A program made the translations under genes and the position numbers. From Patescibacteria group bacterium (GTDB lineage Bacteria; Patescibacteriota; Minisyncoccia; UBA6257; HR35), in assembly GCA_023480925.1 (NCBI GenBank), contig JAMCWY010000019.1, forward strand, positions 1 to 32,000: DNA of 32,000 nucleotides. Reading direction: 5' to 3'. Below the pieces are notes generated by a model. The model was not told the DNA's origin, searched no databases, and worked only from the letters and a program-made list of their open reading frames with translations. Below are positions 1-8,129 of the stretch, in pieces. Numbering within the stretch: the stretch's first letter is position 1; each line of letters opens with the position of its first letter.

Positions 1-1640
1 ACAAAAACAAAGAAATTTATCAAAAGTTCTCTCTTCATATCAGCCGGCCCTTCGCCACGCTCGGCAACGCCGACTACATTGGCTTCTTCTCGCTTTTAGT
101 CATCTTTCTTTGTTTTTATTTTTATCGCGAAGAAAAAAGCAAAAGCGGCAAAATCGTCATTAGCCTTTTGGCCTTAGCAAACCTTGGCGCCATGATCGCC
201 TCGGAAACTCGCGGTTCGATCTTGGCCTTAGGCGCGGCGGGCATTTTTTTAATCATCGCCTTAATTTCAATCTCGATTAAAGACAAAAGGCGCAAACTCG
301 CCTTTTTTGGCCTGGTTATCATTTTTGTCGTCGGTTTTTACGGCTTGGTTAAATCGCCAATAGCCGAACACCTGCCCGGAATCAACCGCCTTCACACCAC
401 CCTTCAAAGCAACTCTTCTTACATCGCTCGACTGATCGCCTGGCAAATTTTTCTCCGGGCCTCGCTTGTCCATCCGATCGCGGGCTACGGTTTGGAAAAC
501 GAACCAATCGCTTATTTCGACAAGTTCGAACCGAAAATTTTTAACTACGAACAGGTTATTTTCGACCGACCCCACAACAAGTACATTGAGATCTTGGTCA
601 CAACCGGTCTGATCGGTACGATTTTTTATCTAATCTTTTACGGCTCGATCCTGACCGATTTATTGACTGAAGACGATAAAACCAAAAAATACATCCTTAT
701 CTCGCTCTTCCTCGCCTACCTTTTTGACAACTTTATTCTTTTCGATATGCAGGCGAGCTACCTCTTGTTTTTTTTCGGCTTAGCCCTGATAGCCCGGCCG
801 GTCCAACTGGAAAAACCAAAAACGAACGAGCATCAACTTAGCCTGAAGATTTTAATTTCCGGTCTGGTCGGCTTAGGCTTGCTCTTTAATATTTATAACG
901 TTTACATCCTTTCAAGAATCATCGCCAATCTCAAACTCCCGCCCGAAGAAGCGTTAGCCAATTACGATCAACTCGCCAACTACGCCGGCCCTTATTTGGA
1001 AGAAGAAGCGATTATTGTCAGCAACTACTTCAAAGGCAACATTAAAAACATCAACAACTTGGCGGAACTAAATTTAATTAAAGATGTTTTCCGCAAAGCC
1101 TACGCTCGCGATCCCTACGACATCAGAATCGTTTCCAACTACGCCACCTTTTTGGGCCAGATGGTTGATGTCGAAAAAGCTAATCACCTGCCCGATCAGG
1201 CTGATTTGAATCAGGCCAAGATTGTTTTCGAACAAGCAGTTAAACAATTTAACCACTTCCCCGACCTTTATCTCAATTACGCCATCTTTCTGCATCAAAC
1301 CAACAACGACGCGCGGGCTTATCAGCTGACGGTCGAGACGGAAAAATATTATAAAAATTATCCCGGCGGCTTGGTCTTAACCGCCGAGGTTATGTCGTTA
1401 TTAAATAAAAACAAAGAAGCCCTGGCTTTAGTTGAACAAGCCGAAGCAAAAGGTTACCAACCCAGCCAAAATCTTCAAACCGGCCTGATCACTTTAAGGG
1501 TCTATATTGAAAATAAAAAAATTAACCAAGCCAACCAGCTTCTCCGCCAATTGCTCAAAAATAATCCCGATCCCAAAACTCAGGCGGCCATTATTCAAGT
1601 CGTCAAAACTTTCGTCAACGCGACTAGTTCGCAAAAATAA
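1..1640 (+). CDS. O-antigen ligase (Wzy_C)-family polytopic membrane protein with C-terminal TPR-like helical-repeat domain; 5' end lies outside the window
   Basis: Frame 3 is open from base 3 (KNKEIYQKFSLHISRPFATLGNADYIGFFSLLVIF...), so the TTG at 168 in the ORF track is internal. The SETRGS motif and multiple hydrophobic helices are typical of O-antigen ligase-like proteins. The roughly 270-aa C-terminal part has repeated helical-pair motifs (YLNYAIFLHQ, ALALVEQAEAKG). Stop TAA at 1638-1640. Confidence 0.6.
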   Translation, partial: KNKEIYQKFSLHISRPFATLGNADYIGFFSLLVIFLCFYFYREEKSKSGKIVISLLALANLGAMIASETRGSILALGAAGIFLIIALISISIKDKRRKLAFFGLVIIFVVGFYGLVKSPIAEHLPGINRLHTTLQSNSSYIARLIAWQIFLRASLVHPIAGYGLENEPIAYFDKFEPKIFNYEQVIFDRPHNKYIEILVTTGLIGTIFYLIFYGSILTDLLTEDDKTKKYILISLFLAYLFDNFILFDMQASYLLFFFGLALIARPVQLEKPKTNEHQLSLKILISGLVGLGLLFNIYNVYILSRIIANLKLPPEEALANYDQLANYAGPYLEEEAIIVSNYFKGNIKNINNLAELNLIKDVFRKAYARDPYDIRIVSNYATFLGQMVDVEKANHLPDQADLNQAKIVFEQAVKQFNHFPDLYLNYAIFLHQTNNDARAYQLTVETEKYYKNYPGGLVLTAEVMSLLNKNKEALALVEQAEAKGYQPSQNLQTGLITLRVYIENKKINQANQLLRQLLKNNPDPKTQAAIIQVVKTFVNATSSQK

Positions 1641-1760
1641 AACTTTTTAGTTTAAACAACTCGATCGCGGCCGGAATTAAAAAAAATAACCTCGAAATTG
1701 CCTTTAAAACAGCTCGAAAACCGACCTAATTATAAAAACCGCTATCCCCATTGGAAAAAT

Positions 1761-1789
1761 TTGACAACCAAACAAAGATCCCGATAATA
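1761..1789 (+). promoter_or_regulatory. Sigma-70-like promoter candidate for nrdJ
   Basis: TTGACA at 1761-1766, a 16-17 nt spacer, then GATAAT/ATAATA at 1783-1789. It lies about 75 nt upstream of the nrdJ ATG. Confidence 0.45.
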
Positions 1790-1865
1790 ATTTAACCGCC
1801 TAAGGCCAGGGTTAAAATTTATTTCAATCGATTTATTTTAGTCGAATTATTTTTTTACGAGCTTA

Positions 1866-4559
1866 ATGAAAAAAACCGCGGTCAAAAAAGAATTGACGTC
1901 AGTTTCCAAAAACAAAACTCTTCGCTTGAACCGATACTTTAGCCAAGAAAATATTCAGCCCTACGATCAAGTTGAATGGGTTAAAACCGACGCCGTCATT
2001 GCCGGATCTCAGGGGCCAAGTTTTGAACAAAAAAATGTCGAGTTCCCGAATTTTTATTCTCAAAACGCGATTAATATTATCAGTTCAAAATACTTTCGAT
2101 TTCAGGGCGAGAAAAAAGAAAAATCTTTAAAAAATATTATCGACCGAGTCGTTAAAATTTTCCGGGCCTGGGCTGAAGATCAAAATTATTTTCGAACTAA
2201 AACCGAGGCGGAAATTTTCGAAAACGAGTTGACCTTTCTTATCCTTGACCAACGGGCTTGGTTTAATTCGCCTATTTGGTTTAATGTCGGCGTCAAAGAA
2301 AAACCGCAATGTTCGGCTTGTTTTATTCTTTCAGTCGAAGACTCGATGGAATCGATTTTAAATTGGATCAAAACCGAAGGATTAATTTTTAAAAACGGCT
2401 CCGGCTCCGGCATCAATCTTTCACCCCTGCGGGGCAAAGGTGAAACCTTAAATAGCGGTGGATCTTCTTCCGGCCCGATTTCATTTATGACCGCGGCCGA
2501 CGCTGTAGCTGGATCGATCAAATCCGGCGGTTCGACTCGCCGAGCGGCCAAGATGCTTATTCTCAACGCCGACCATCCGGATATTTTGGAATTTATCCAA
2601 GTCAAAACAAAAGAAGAAGACAAGATCCGCGCCTTGATCGAAGCCGGTTATGACTTAACCGACATGAATAATCCTCTTTGGCAAAATATTTTTTTTCAAA
2701 ACGGCAACAATTCCATTCGAATTCCCGACGAGTTAATGACCGCAGCCTTAGCCGATGAAGATTGGCCGGTTTATAATATTCACGATCGCGCCGTCGCTAA
2801 AAACTATAAGGCCAGGTTTATTCTTGAAGAAATAGCCAAGGCGGCTTGGTCTTGCGGCGATCCCGGCGTCCAATTCGACACGACAATCCAAAAGTGGCAC
2901 ACCTGTAAAAATTCAGACAAAATAAATGCGACTAATCCCTGCGCCGAGTATATTTTTCTTGACAACACCAGTTGTAATCTCAGCTCGATCAATCTCTTAA
3001 AATACTTGCGCGAAGACGACAGTTTTGATATCGAAGGTTTTAAACAAACCGCGCGAATAATGTTCATGGCCCAAGATCTTTTAATCGACAAAGCCGGTTA
3101 TCCCACGAGTCAAATTGAAGAAGAAACGAGAAAATATCGAACAATTGGCCTTGGTTACGCCAATCTTGGCGCTCTCTTAATGGCGCTTGGCCTGCCTTAT
3201 GATTCAGACGAAGGCCGCGCCTGGGCGGCTTCTTTAACCGCCCTTCTCACCGGTCAGGCTTACAAAACCTCGGCTCAAATGGCTGCTCAACTTGGTCCAT
3301 TCGAACAATTTGAGCAAAACCGCGAACCAATGTTCAAGATAATTGAAGCTCATCGAGAAAAAATCAATGAAATTGACGGTCGGTTAGCGCCAAAAGATAT
3401 TTTGGCCGCGGCCAGAAAAATTTGGAATGAAACGCTTGAACTTGGACAAAGATTTGGTTTTCGCAACGCTCAAGCAACCGTCTTGGCGCCGACGGGAACG
3501 ATTGGTTTAGCTATGGATTGCGACACAACCGGAGTTGAACCGGATTTTGCTTTGGTCAAGATGAAACAGTTGGTCGGCGGCGGTTATATGACCTTCGTCA
3601 ATAAAACCGTCAAGACCGGGTTAAAACGACTCGGCTATAACGAAGAAGAAATTAAAATCATCGTTGACCATCTTGAAAAAAATCGCAATATTGAAACAGC
3701 GCCGATTCTGAAATCGAAAGATTTGGCTGTTTTCGACTGCGCGGTTAAGCCAACTGGCGGCCAACGTTCAATCCATTGGCGCGGCCACGTCAAAATGGTC
3801 GCCGCGGTTCAACCATTTATCTCGGGCGGTATCTCGAAAACATTCAATATGCCGAATGAGGCCGGCGTTGACGAAATTTACAACGCCTATATCGAAGCCT
3901 GGAAACTCGGAATCAAGTGCTTCGCCGTCTACCGCGACGGTTCAAAAGCGACCCAGGCGCTTTACAGTGGCGATAAAAACAAAAAAAGCGGTGAAGAAAA
4001 AAAAATTCAAATCCAAAGAAAAAAATTGCCCGACCGACGCGCTTCTGAGACCCACAAATTCACCGTTGCCGGCCACGAAGGCTTTTTGACTTACAGTTTT
4101 TACGAAGACGGCAATCTCGGCGAGATCTTCATCCGAATGTCAAAACAAGGCAGTACCCTTTCCGGTCTTTTAGACGCTTTCTCGATCTCGGTCTCAATCG
4201 CCCTCCAATACGGCGTGCCTTTAAAAACTTTGGCTCAAAAATTTATTCACATGCGGTTTGAACCAATGGGCGTAACCAATAACGACGAGATTAGAATCGC
4301 CAGTTCAATTATTGATTACATCTTTAAGTATTTAAGTTTCAGATTTTTCACCAGCGAAGAATTATTTGAACTCGGTCTTCAATTAAAGCCGGAAAATTAT
4401 GCCGTCTTGGAAAGTCAACCAAAACTTTTTGAACAAAATAAACGTAACTCGACCGAATCGCCCGGACCGCCCTGCAAATTTTGCGGCGGTCTGACGATGA
4501 GAACCGGCAGCTGCTACACTTGCGTCGAGTGCGGTGAAAGCAGCGGCGGGTGCGGTTAA
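1866..4559 (+). CDS. nrdJ: Class II (adenosylcobalamin-dependent) ribonucleotide reductase
   Basis: 897-aa ORF starting at ATG. It has the RNR active-site loop NPCAEYIFLDNTSCNLSSINL, VLAPTGTIG and AVYRDGSK segments, and the Cys-rich C-terminal tail CKFCGG...CYTCVECG...GGCG typical of NrdJ. Confidence 0.9.
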   Translation: MKKTAVKKELTSVSKNKTLRLNRYFSQENIQPYDQVEWVKTDAVIAGSQGPSFEQKNVEFPNFYSQNAINIISSKYFRFQGEKKEKSLKNIIDRVVKIFRAWAEDQNYFRTKTEAEIFENELTFLILDQRAWFNSPIWFNVGVKEKPQCSACFILSVEDSMESILNWIKTEGLIFKNGSGSGINLSPLRGKGETLNSGGSSSGPISFMTAADAVAGSIKSGGSTRRAAKMLILNADHPDILEFIQVKTKEEDKIRALIEAGYDLTDMNNPLWQNIFFQNGNNSIRIPDELMTAALADEDWPVYNIHDRAVAKNYKARFILEEIAKAAWSCGDPGVQFDTTIQKWHTCKNSDKINATNPCAEYIFLDNTSCNLSSINLLKYLREDDSFDIEGFKQTARIMFMAQDLLIDKAGYPTSQIEEETRKYRTIGLGYANLGALLMALGLPYDSDEGRAWAASLTALLTGQAYKTSAQMAAQLGPFEQFEQNREPMFKIIEAHREKINEIDGRLAPKDILAAARKIWNETLELGQRFGFRNAQATVLAPTGTIGLAMDCDTTGVEPDFALVKMKQLVGGGYMTFVNKTVKTGLKRLGYNEEEIKIIVDHLEKNRNIETAPILKSKDLAVFDCAVKPTGGQRSIHWRGHVKMVAAVQPFISGGISKTFNMPNEAGVDEIYNAYIEAWKLGIKCFAVYRDGSKATQALYSGDKNKKSGEEKKIQIQRKKLPDRRASETHKFTVAGHEGFLTYSFYEDGNLGEIFIRMSKQGSTLSGLLDAFSISVSIALQYGVPLKTLAQKFIHMRFEPMGVTNNDEIRIASSIIDYIFKYLSFRFFTSEELFELGLQLKPENYAVLESQPKLFEQNKRNSTESPGPPCKFCGGLTMRTGSCYTCVECGESSGGCG

Positions 4560-5200
4560 GGCAAGTTAATTGTTTGACTTGAAGGCGAACCAATCTGGCA
4601 AGGGCCGGAACTAACACCGGTTAGAACAACTTCGATCGTATCGTTTGAGTGAAAATCGCGGCTGGGTAAACTCAAAGTAAACATATCGCCGGGACCGGAA
4701 AAGCCAAATGAACTAGGATTAGTCTCGAAACTTTCATTCATCCCGAATCCGCTCGTCTGATCATTAGCTCTAACGGAAAAAGTACAAATAGCCGCTTGAG
4801 TCAAGCTGATTGTACCCACAACAGAATAACCTATTAAAGCATTGCCCCTCGTCTGCAAAAGAGTCAGCGACATGCTTGAAGTTTGGCCGCCGCCACTCGT
4901 ACCGCCTGGCGGATTGATAGTTACCCCGGGCGGATTATTGCCGTTGCCAGCGCCAGTCGGCGCGGAAGGCAAAGTTCCGCCCGAGACAAACGATTGAATA
5001 ATGACTGGCAAGCTCGCGGCTAAAACAATAATAGCGATGCCAATAATAATCCAAATCAAATTTTGATGAATTGAAGAAACATTGCCGCCGCCGGCAACAT
5101 ACTTAAACCCGGTAATGATTATCATCAAAACCGAAAAAGTCAAACCGCCCAGATAAAGAACATGGGACAAACCTTGAATAATGTGAAGCAGGTCAGGCAT
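4556..5200 (-). CDS. Pilin-hairpin paralogue P214: N-terminal VirB2/TrbC-like two-TM hairpin, Gly/Pro linker, C-terminal Cys-paired ectodomain
   Basis: ATG at 5200. There is no signal peptide. TM1 is LGGLTFSVLMIIITGFKYV, the loop is AGGGNVSSIHQN, and TM2 is LIWIIIGIAIIVLAASLPVII. The linker is SGGTLPSAPTGAGNGNNPPGVTINPPGGTSGGGQ, followed by about 110 aa with a C-x61-C pair. The stop shares the tetranucleotide TTAA with the nrdJ stop. Confidence 0.7.
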   Translation of the reverse strand: MPDLLHIIQGLSHVLYLGGLTFSVLMIIITGFKYVAGGGNVSSIHQNLIWIIIGIAIIVLAASLPVIIQSFVSGGTLPSAPTGAGNGNNPPGVTINPPGGTSGGGQTSSMSLTLLQTRGNALIGYSVVGTISLTQAAICTFSVRANDQTSGFGMNESFETNPSSFGFSGPGDMFTLSLPSRDFHSNDTIEVVLTGVSSGPCQIGSPSSQTINLP

Positions 5201-5218
5201 AAAAGTTTTTAAAATTAT

Positions 5219-6568
5219 TTATTGGCCGCCGTGAATCGAAATTTGTCTGGGCGAAGCATAATCACTAGTAACAACGCAATCGCTACCAGGTTGAATTGAC
5301 AACTTTAACTCCTGGTAAGTATTATTAAAAAGACCCAAGCTCATATACGCGGTTGAAAATGGTTGAGTCTGGCCTCCAGTTGTCGGGATATTATTTAAGT
5401 AGAAACTAACTGGTTGGTTAAAAGTATTAATATCCGACTGGGTAATGCTATTAATATTTTGGTTGTTTAAGCCGCTGACATAAATGCCGCTGATTAAACC
5501 TTGAACCGCGCAGTTAGCCGGAGCGCTGTTTGGATTATCAGCGAGATAGTTAATTTGAACATAAAATGGCGGATCGTAAAGATATGAACCATTAAGATAC
5601 ACAAAACCAAGATTTGTGATCCAATTGAAAAAATTATTATTATTCAAACCGCTAAGACTGTATGACTGCGCGCCATAAATTGTTATTCCGCCATAAAGAA
5701 TATTAACTTGGGTTTGCTGAACCGCGATTGGCGCTGACGGTAGGGTGTAAGAATAGGTTGATTCCGGCACAGTGCAAGCGCTGACATTGTTGCTTGAAAA
5801 AACAACACGAAGATTATCGCCGGGTTGGGCATTCAAACTTGAAAGCAAGAGCAGGAATCCGCCGGGCGGACTGATTATGGTCCCAGTAACCGGCAACTGC
5901 GTTCCCTGAGTGACATTATAAACGCTGGCGCTAAGACTACAATCACCGGCGTTAGCGGGAATGCTGCCGTTAAGGTCGGCAAAACCAGTCAGACCGCTTC
6001 TCTGGTTGTTATAGCCTAGATCGGTGATAACAACTTGAGCTGGTTGCGCTTGAGGCGAACCGGCACCACCACCAGTGCCGCTAACCGGCGGCGGAGTCGT
6101 GCCACTTAATGTCAACTCCAGCCCCTGAACAATACTAAAAGCCAAAACCGCGACGATAATACCAGTTAAACCATAATAAAGTCTTTTGTGCACGTCCGGA
6201 GCGTTGCCGGGCTTGGTGATATAAATTATTCCGGCCCAGATTAAAAATATAACCGCCAAAAATAAAGCTAAAGTGTAAACCACTCTCAAAGTTTTATCTA
6301 AAAGCCACAAAAGACACTGACCGAGACCGCCGGCGCTGCCAGTGCAAGCGGACTGAGTCGGCAAAAAACCAAGGTAATTCGAACCGGTCTTAATACCGTA
6401 ATGAAATGGATTTTGGTATGAAGAAGAAGCTGCCGCTTGGACAAAACTGATTTTCAAAAAACCGAACAAAAGAAAAACAAAAATAACACCGGCCAAAATA
6501 AATTTTAAATCTTTTTTAAATTCTTTCAGACGACTTGGTTTGATTTTGACCCGATTTAAAATTTTCAT
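5219..6568 (-). CDS. Pilin-hairpin paralogue P449: signal/anchor, Cys loop, two-TM hairpin, Gly/Pro linker, large Asn/Ser/Thr-rich C-terminal ectodomain
   Basis: ATG at 6568. It has a hydrophobic N-terminus (FILAGVIFVFLLFGFL) and a C-x9-C loop before TM1. The hairpin is LAVIFLIWAGIIYITKPGNAPDVHKRLYYGLTGIIVAVLAFSIV and the linker is SGTTPPPVSGTGGGAGSPQAQPAQ. About 280 aa follow, carrying two further Cys pairs (C-x54-C and C-x77-C). Confidence 0.7.
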   Translation of the reverse strand: MKILNRVKIKPSRLKEFKKDLKFILAGVIFVFLLFGFLKISFVQAAASSSYQNPFHYGIKTGSNYLGFLPTQSACTGSAGGLGQCLLWLLDKTLRVVYTLALFLAVIFLIWAGIIYITKPGNAPDVHKRLYYGLTGIIVAVLAFSIVQGLELTLSGTTPPPVSGTGGGAGSPQAQPAQVVITDLGYNNQRSGLTGFADLNGSIPANAGDCSLSASVYNVTQGTQLPVTGTIISPPGGFLLLLSSLNAQPGDNLRVVFSSNNVSACTVPESTYSYTLPSAPIAVQQTQVNILYGGITIYGAQSYSLSGLNNNNFFNWITNLGFVYLNGSYLYDPPFYVQINYLADNPNSAPANCAVQGLISGIYVSGLNNQNINSITQSDINTFNQPVSFYLNNIPTTGGQTQPFSTAYMSLGLFNNTYQELKLSIQPGSDCVVTSDYASPRQISIHGGQ

Positions 6569-6587
6569 TTTGCCATTTATTTTTAAA

Positions 6588-7025
6588 TTAACCGGTTAAG
6601 CTAATTTCTAAAGCCTTGACGATAGCAAAGGCCAAAATCGCGACGCCAACGCCCCAGATCACCCAAATTAATTGTTTGTGAATATTTTCCGCTCCGCCTG
6701 ATCCGCTGACATACCTGAAACCGATATAAATCAAATAACCAACGCTTAAAAGCATCACGACCGTGTAAGCAACACTTAGAATTTTAATTAAATAAAAAAT
6801 GACGCACTTGCCCAAAAGACCTTGGCGAACACTAAGATTAACCCCGCCGCTTTGTTCAAAAATATTTATCTCCGATCCGCCGCACCTAACGCCCGTCTGG
6901 TTAAAATTTAAACTGTCGACGCCGGCGGCGAAAACAGAACCAAGATTAAAAATAAACAACCCAATTAAAACAATGATAGCAATATTAAAAAAATTTTTTT
7001 TATCTTTTTTAAACCGACTGAGCAT
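6588..7025 (-). CDS. Pilin-hairpin paralogue P145 (VirB2/TrbC-like small membrane protein)
   Basis: ATG at 7025. It has a signal-like N-terminus (IAIIVLIGLFIFNLGSVFAAG) and a C-x25-C loop. The hairpin is VVMLLSVGYLIYIGFRYVSGSGGAENIHKQLIWVIWGVGVAILAFAIV. Confidence 0.7.
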   Translation of the reverse strand: MLSRFKKDKKNFFNIAIIVLIGLFIFNLGSVFAAGVDSLNFNQTGVRCGGSEINIFEQSGGVNLSVRQGLLGKCVIFYLIKILSVAYTVVMLLSVGYLIYIGFRYVSGSGGAENIHKQLIWVIWGVGVAILAFAIVKALEISLTG

Positions 7026-7055
7026 TAAAATAAATTTTTATTTTTTTAACTTGTT

Positions 7056-7439
7056 TTAAATACCGGTACTGACCCAGAATTCAATCAGTTTAACCAAACC
7101 ATAAGCGCTTAAAGCGATAACCAAACCGATCGATCCCCAAATTAAATAAGCTTTGATTTTGTTCGCCTCTTCCGGCTTACCTCCGGCTTTAGTCATAAAA
7201 AGAATACCGGCCAAAATAAAGAAAATCACGGCCAAGGCGCCGCTTAAAATAATCAAGACGTTGAAAACCTGAGTGAAGAGATAAGCAAGGCAATTATTAA
7301 AACCGCTCGCGCAAGAATTGATTTCCGGCGCTGGTTGCGGTTGACCCAAACCATACTGCCACGGTATAATCGTCTGGTTAGCAGACAAGAATAAACCGTT
7401 TAAACTCGATAAAATAACTATCCGTTTATTTTTTTTCAT
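7056..7439 (-). CDS. Pilin-hairpin paralogue P127 (VirB2/TrbC-like small membrane protein)
   Basis: The start is placed at ATG 7439 (MKKNKR...) rather than the upstream TTG at 7466 used by the ORF track, because the paralogues mostly begin MKK. It has a C-x6-C loop. The hairpin is LAVIFFILAGILFMTKAGGKPEEANKIKAYLIWGSIGLVIALSAYGLV. Confidence 0.7.
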   Translation of the reverse strand: MKKNKRIVILSSLNGLFLSANQTIIPWQYGLGQPQPAPEINSCASGFNNCLAYLFTQVFNVLIILSGALAVIFFILAGILFMTKAGGKPEEANKIKAYLIWGSIGLVIALSAYGLVKLIEFWVSTGI

Positions 7440-7494
7440 TTTGTTTCGGTCAAACTCGGCAACCAACGCCAGAAAAATTGAAAATTTCCAAGAA

Positions 7495-7503
7495 ATATTA
7501 TCA
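7495..7503 (-). promoter_or_regulatory. Extended -10 candidate (TGATAATAT) between P135 and P127
   Basis: The - strand reads cttGATAATATttc, i.e. TG-a-TAATAT, in the 72-nt gap between the P135 stop (7512) and the P127 ATG (7439). Confidence 0.3.
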
Positions 7504-7511
7504 AGACAAAA

Positions 7512-7919
7512 CTAACCGCCAACACCTGAAACGTTGACGATATTTTGAAGTGCTGCAACCAAAGCGTAAGAAACTAAAGCGACAACCAGACCGATCGCGC
7601 CATAAATCAACATTGTTTTCGCTTTTTGTTGGGAGGCTGGATCGCCGGCCTTGGTGATAAAAATAATACCAGCCCAAATAAAGAAAATCACGGCCAAACC
7701 GCCGGCAACCCAAATTAAAACCTTAAAAACAATAGCAAAAATTGCGGTTATACACGTATTTAAGGTACTGCCAACAGGACAAATTTGTTGCGTAGTTGCC
7801 TGCTGAGGACTTTGAATTGGCAAGTTAATTTGCCCGTGAACCGGCAAGGCGACTATAACCGGCGTTAAAACAGCGAAGAGAGCGGCTACTAAAATTAAGC
7901 TAGAATAAAATTTCTTCAT
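7512..7919 (-). CDS. Pilin-hairpin paralogue P135 (VirB2/TrbC-like small membrane protein)
   Basis: ATG at 7919. It has a signal peptide (LILVAALFAVLTPVIVALPVHG) and a C-x8-C loop. The hairpin is LAVIFFIWAGIIFITKAGDPASQQKAKTMLIYGAIGLVVALVSYALV. Confidence 0.75.
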   Translation of the reverse strand: MKKFYSSLILVAALFAVLTPVIVALPVHGQINLPIQSPQQATTQQICPVGSTLNTCITAIFAIVFKVLIWVAGGLAVIFFIWAGIIFITKAGDPASQQKAKTMLIYGAIGLVVALVSYALVAALQNIVNVSGVGG

Positions 7920-8129
7920 TTTTTCTTAATTAGCTAACCTTAACTTTTTTAATTCGACCCAAAACTGTCCGTTAATTAAACTGGGCAGTAATTAAATTAA
8001 TAATTATTCTATTTTAAACCATATCGATCAAATCGCAAGAGCGCTGGGGATAACCAATAACAAAGATATGCTCATAGATCAGAAAAATCACTAATAGATA
8101 AATAATTCAAAGAATTTACCGCTTTTTAC

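Noticed and set aside
1641-1865. Cobalamin riboswitch or NrdR box upstream of nrdJ
   Set aside because: I found no B12-box-like core and no NrdR-type palindromes. Only a generic promoter and a small hairpin are visible.
6987-7001. Homopolymer tracts (A7 followed by T8 at 6987-7001; A8 at 9969-9976) near the 5' ends of array genes, considered as slipped-strand phase-variation switches
   Set aside because: Equally long runs occur in essential genes (e.g. A9 at 3997-4005 inside nrdJ) and reflect Lys/Phe codons in an AT-rich genome. There is no enrichment specific to the array.
7501-7713. 70-aa - strand ORF overlapping P135 in another frame. Similar same-strand out-of-frame ORFs occur at 3856-4089, 17797-18015, 18250-18456, 19301-19492 and 19898-20191. 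The antisense ORFs at 4348-4617 and 6799-7059 belong in the same class.
   Set aside because: These are alternative frames, or the opposite strand, of well-supported genes. Their Arg/Lys/Ser-rich composition is typical of off-frame translation.
7964-7989. Hairpin ACTGTCC-n12-GGGCAGT in the P479/P135 gap, considered as a terminator
   Set aside because: It pairs fully (with one G-U) only in the + strand transcript, where no gene exists. On the coding (-) strand it has a C-A mismatch and only a 4-nt T-run.
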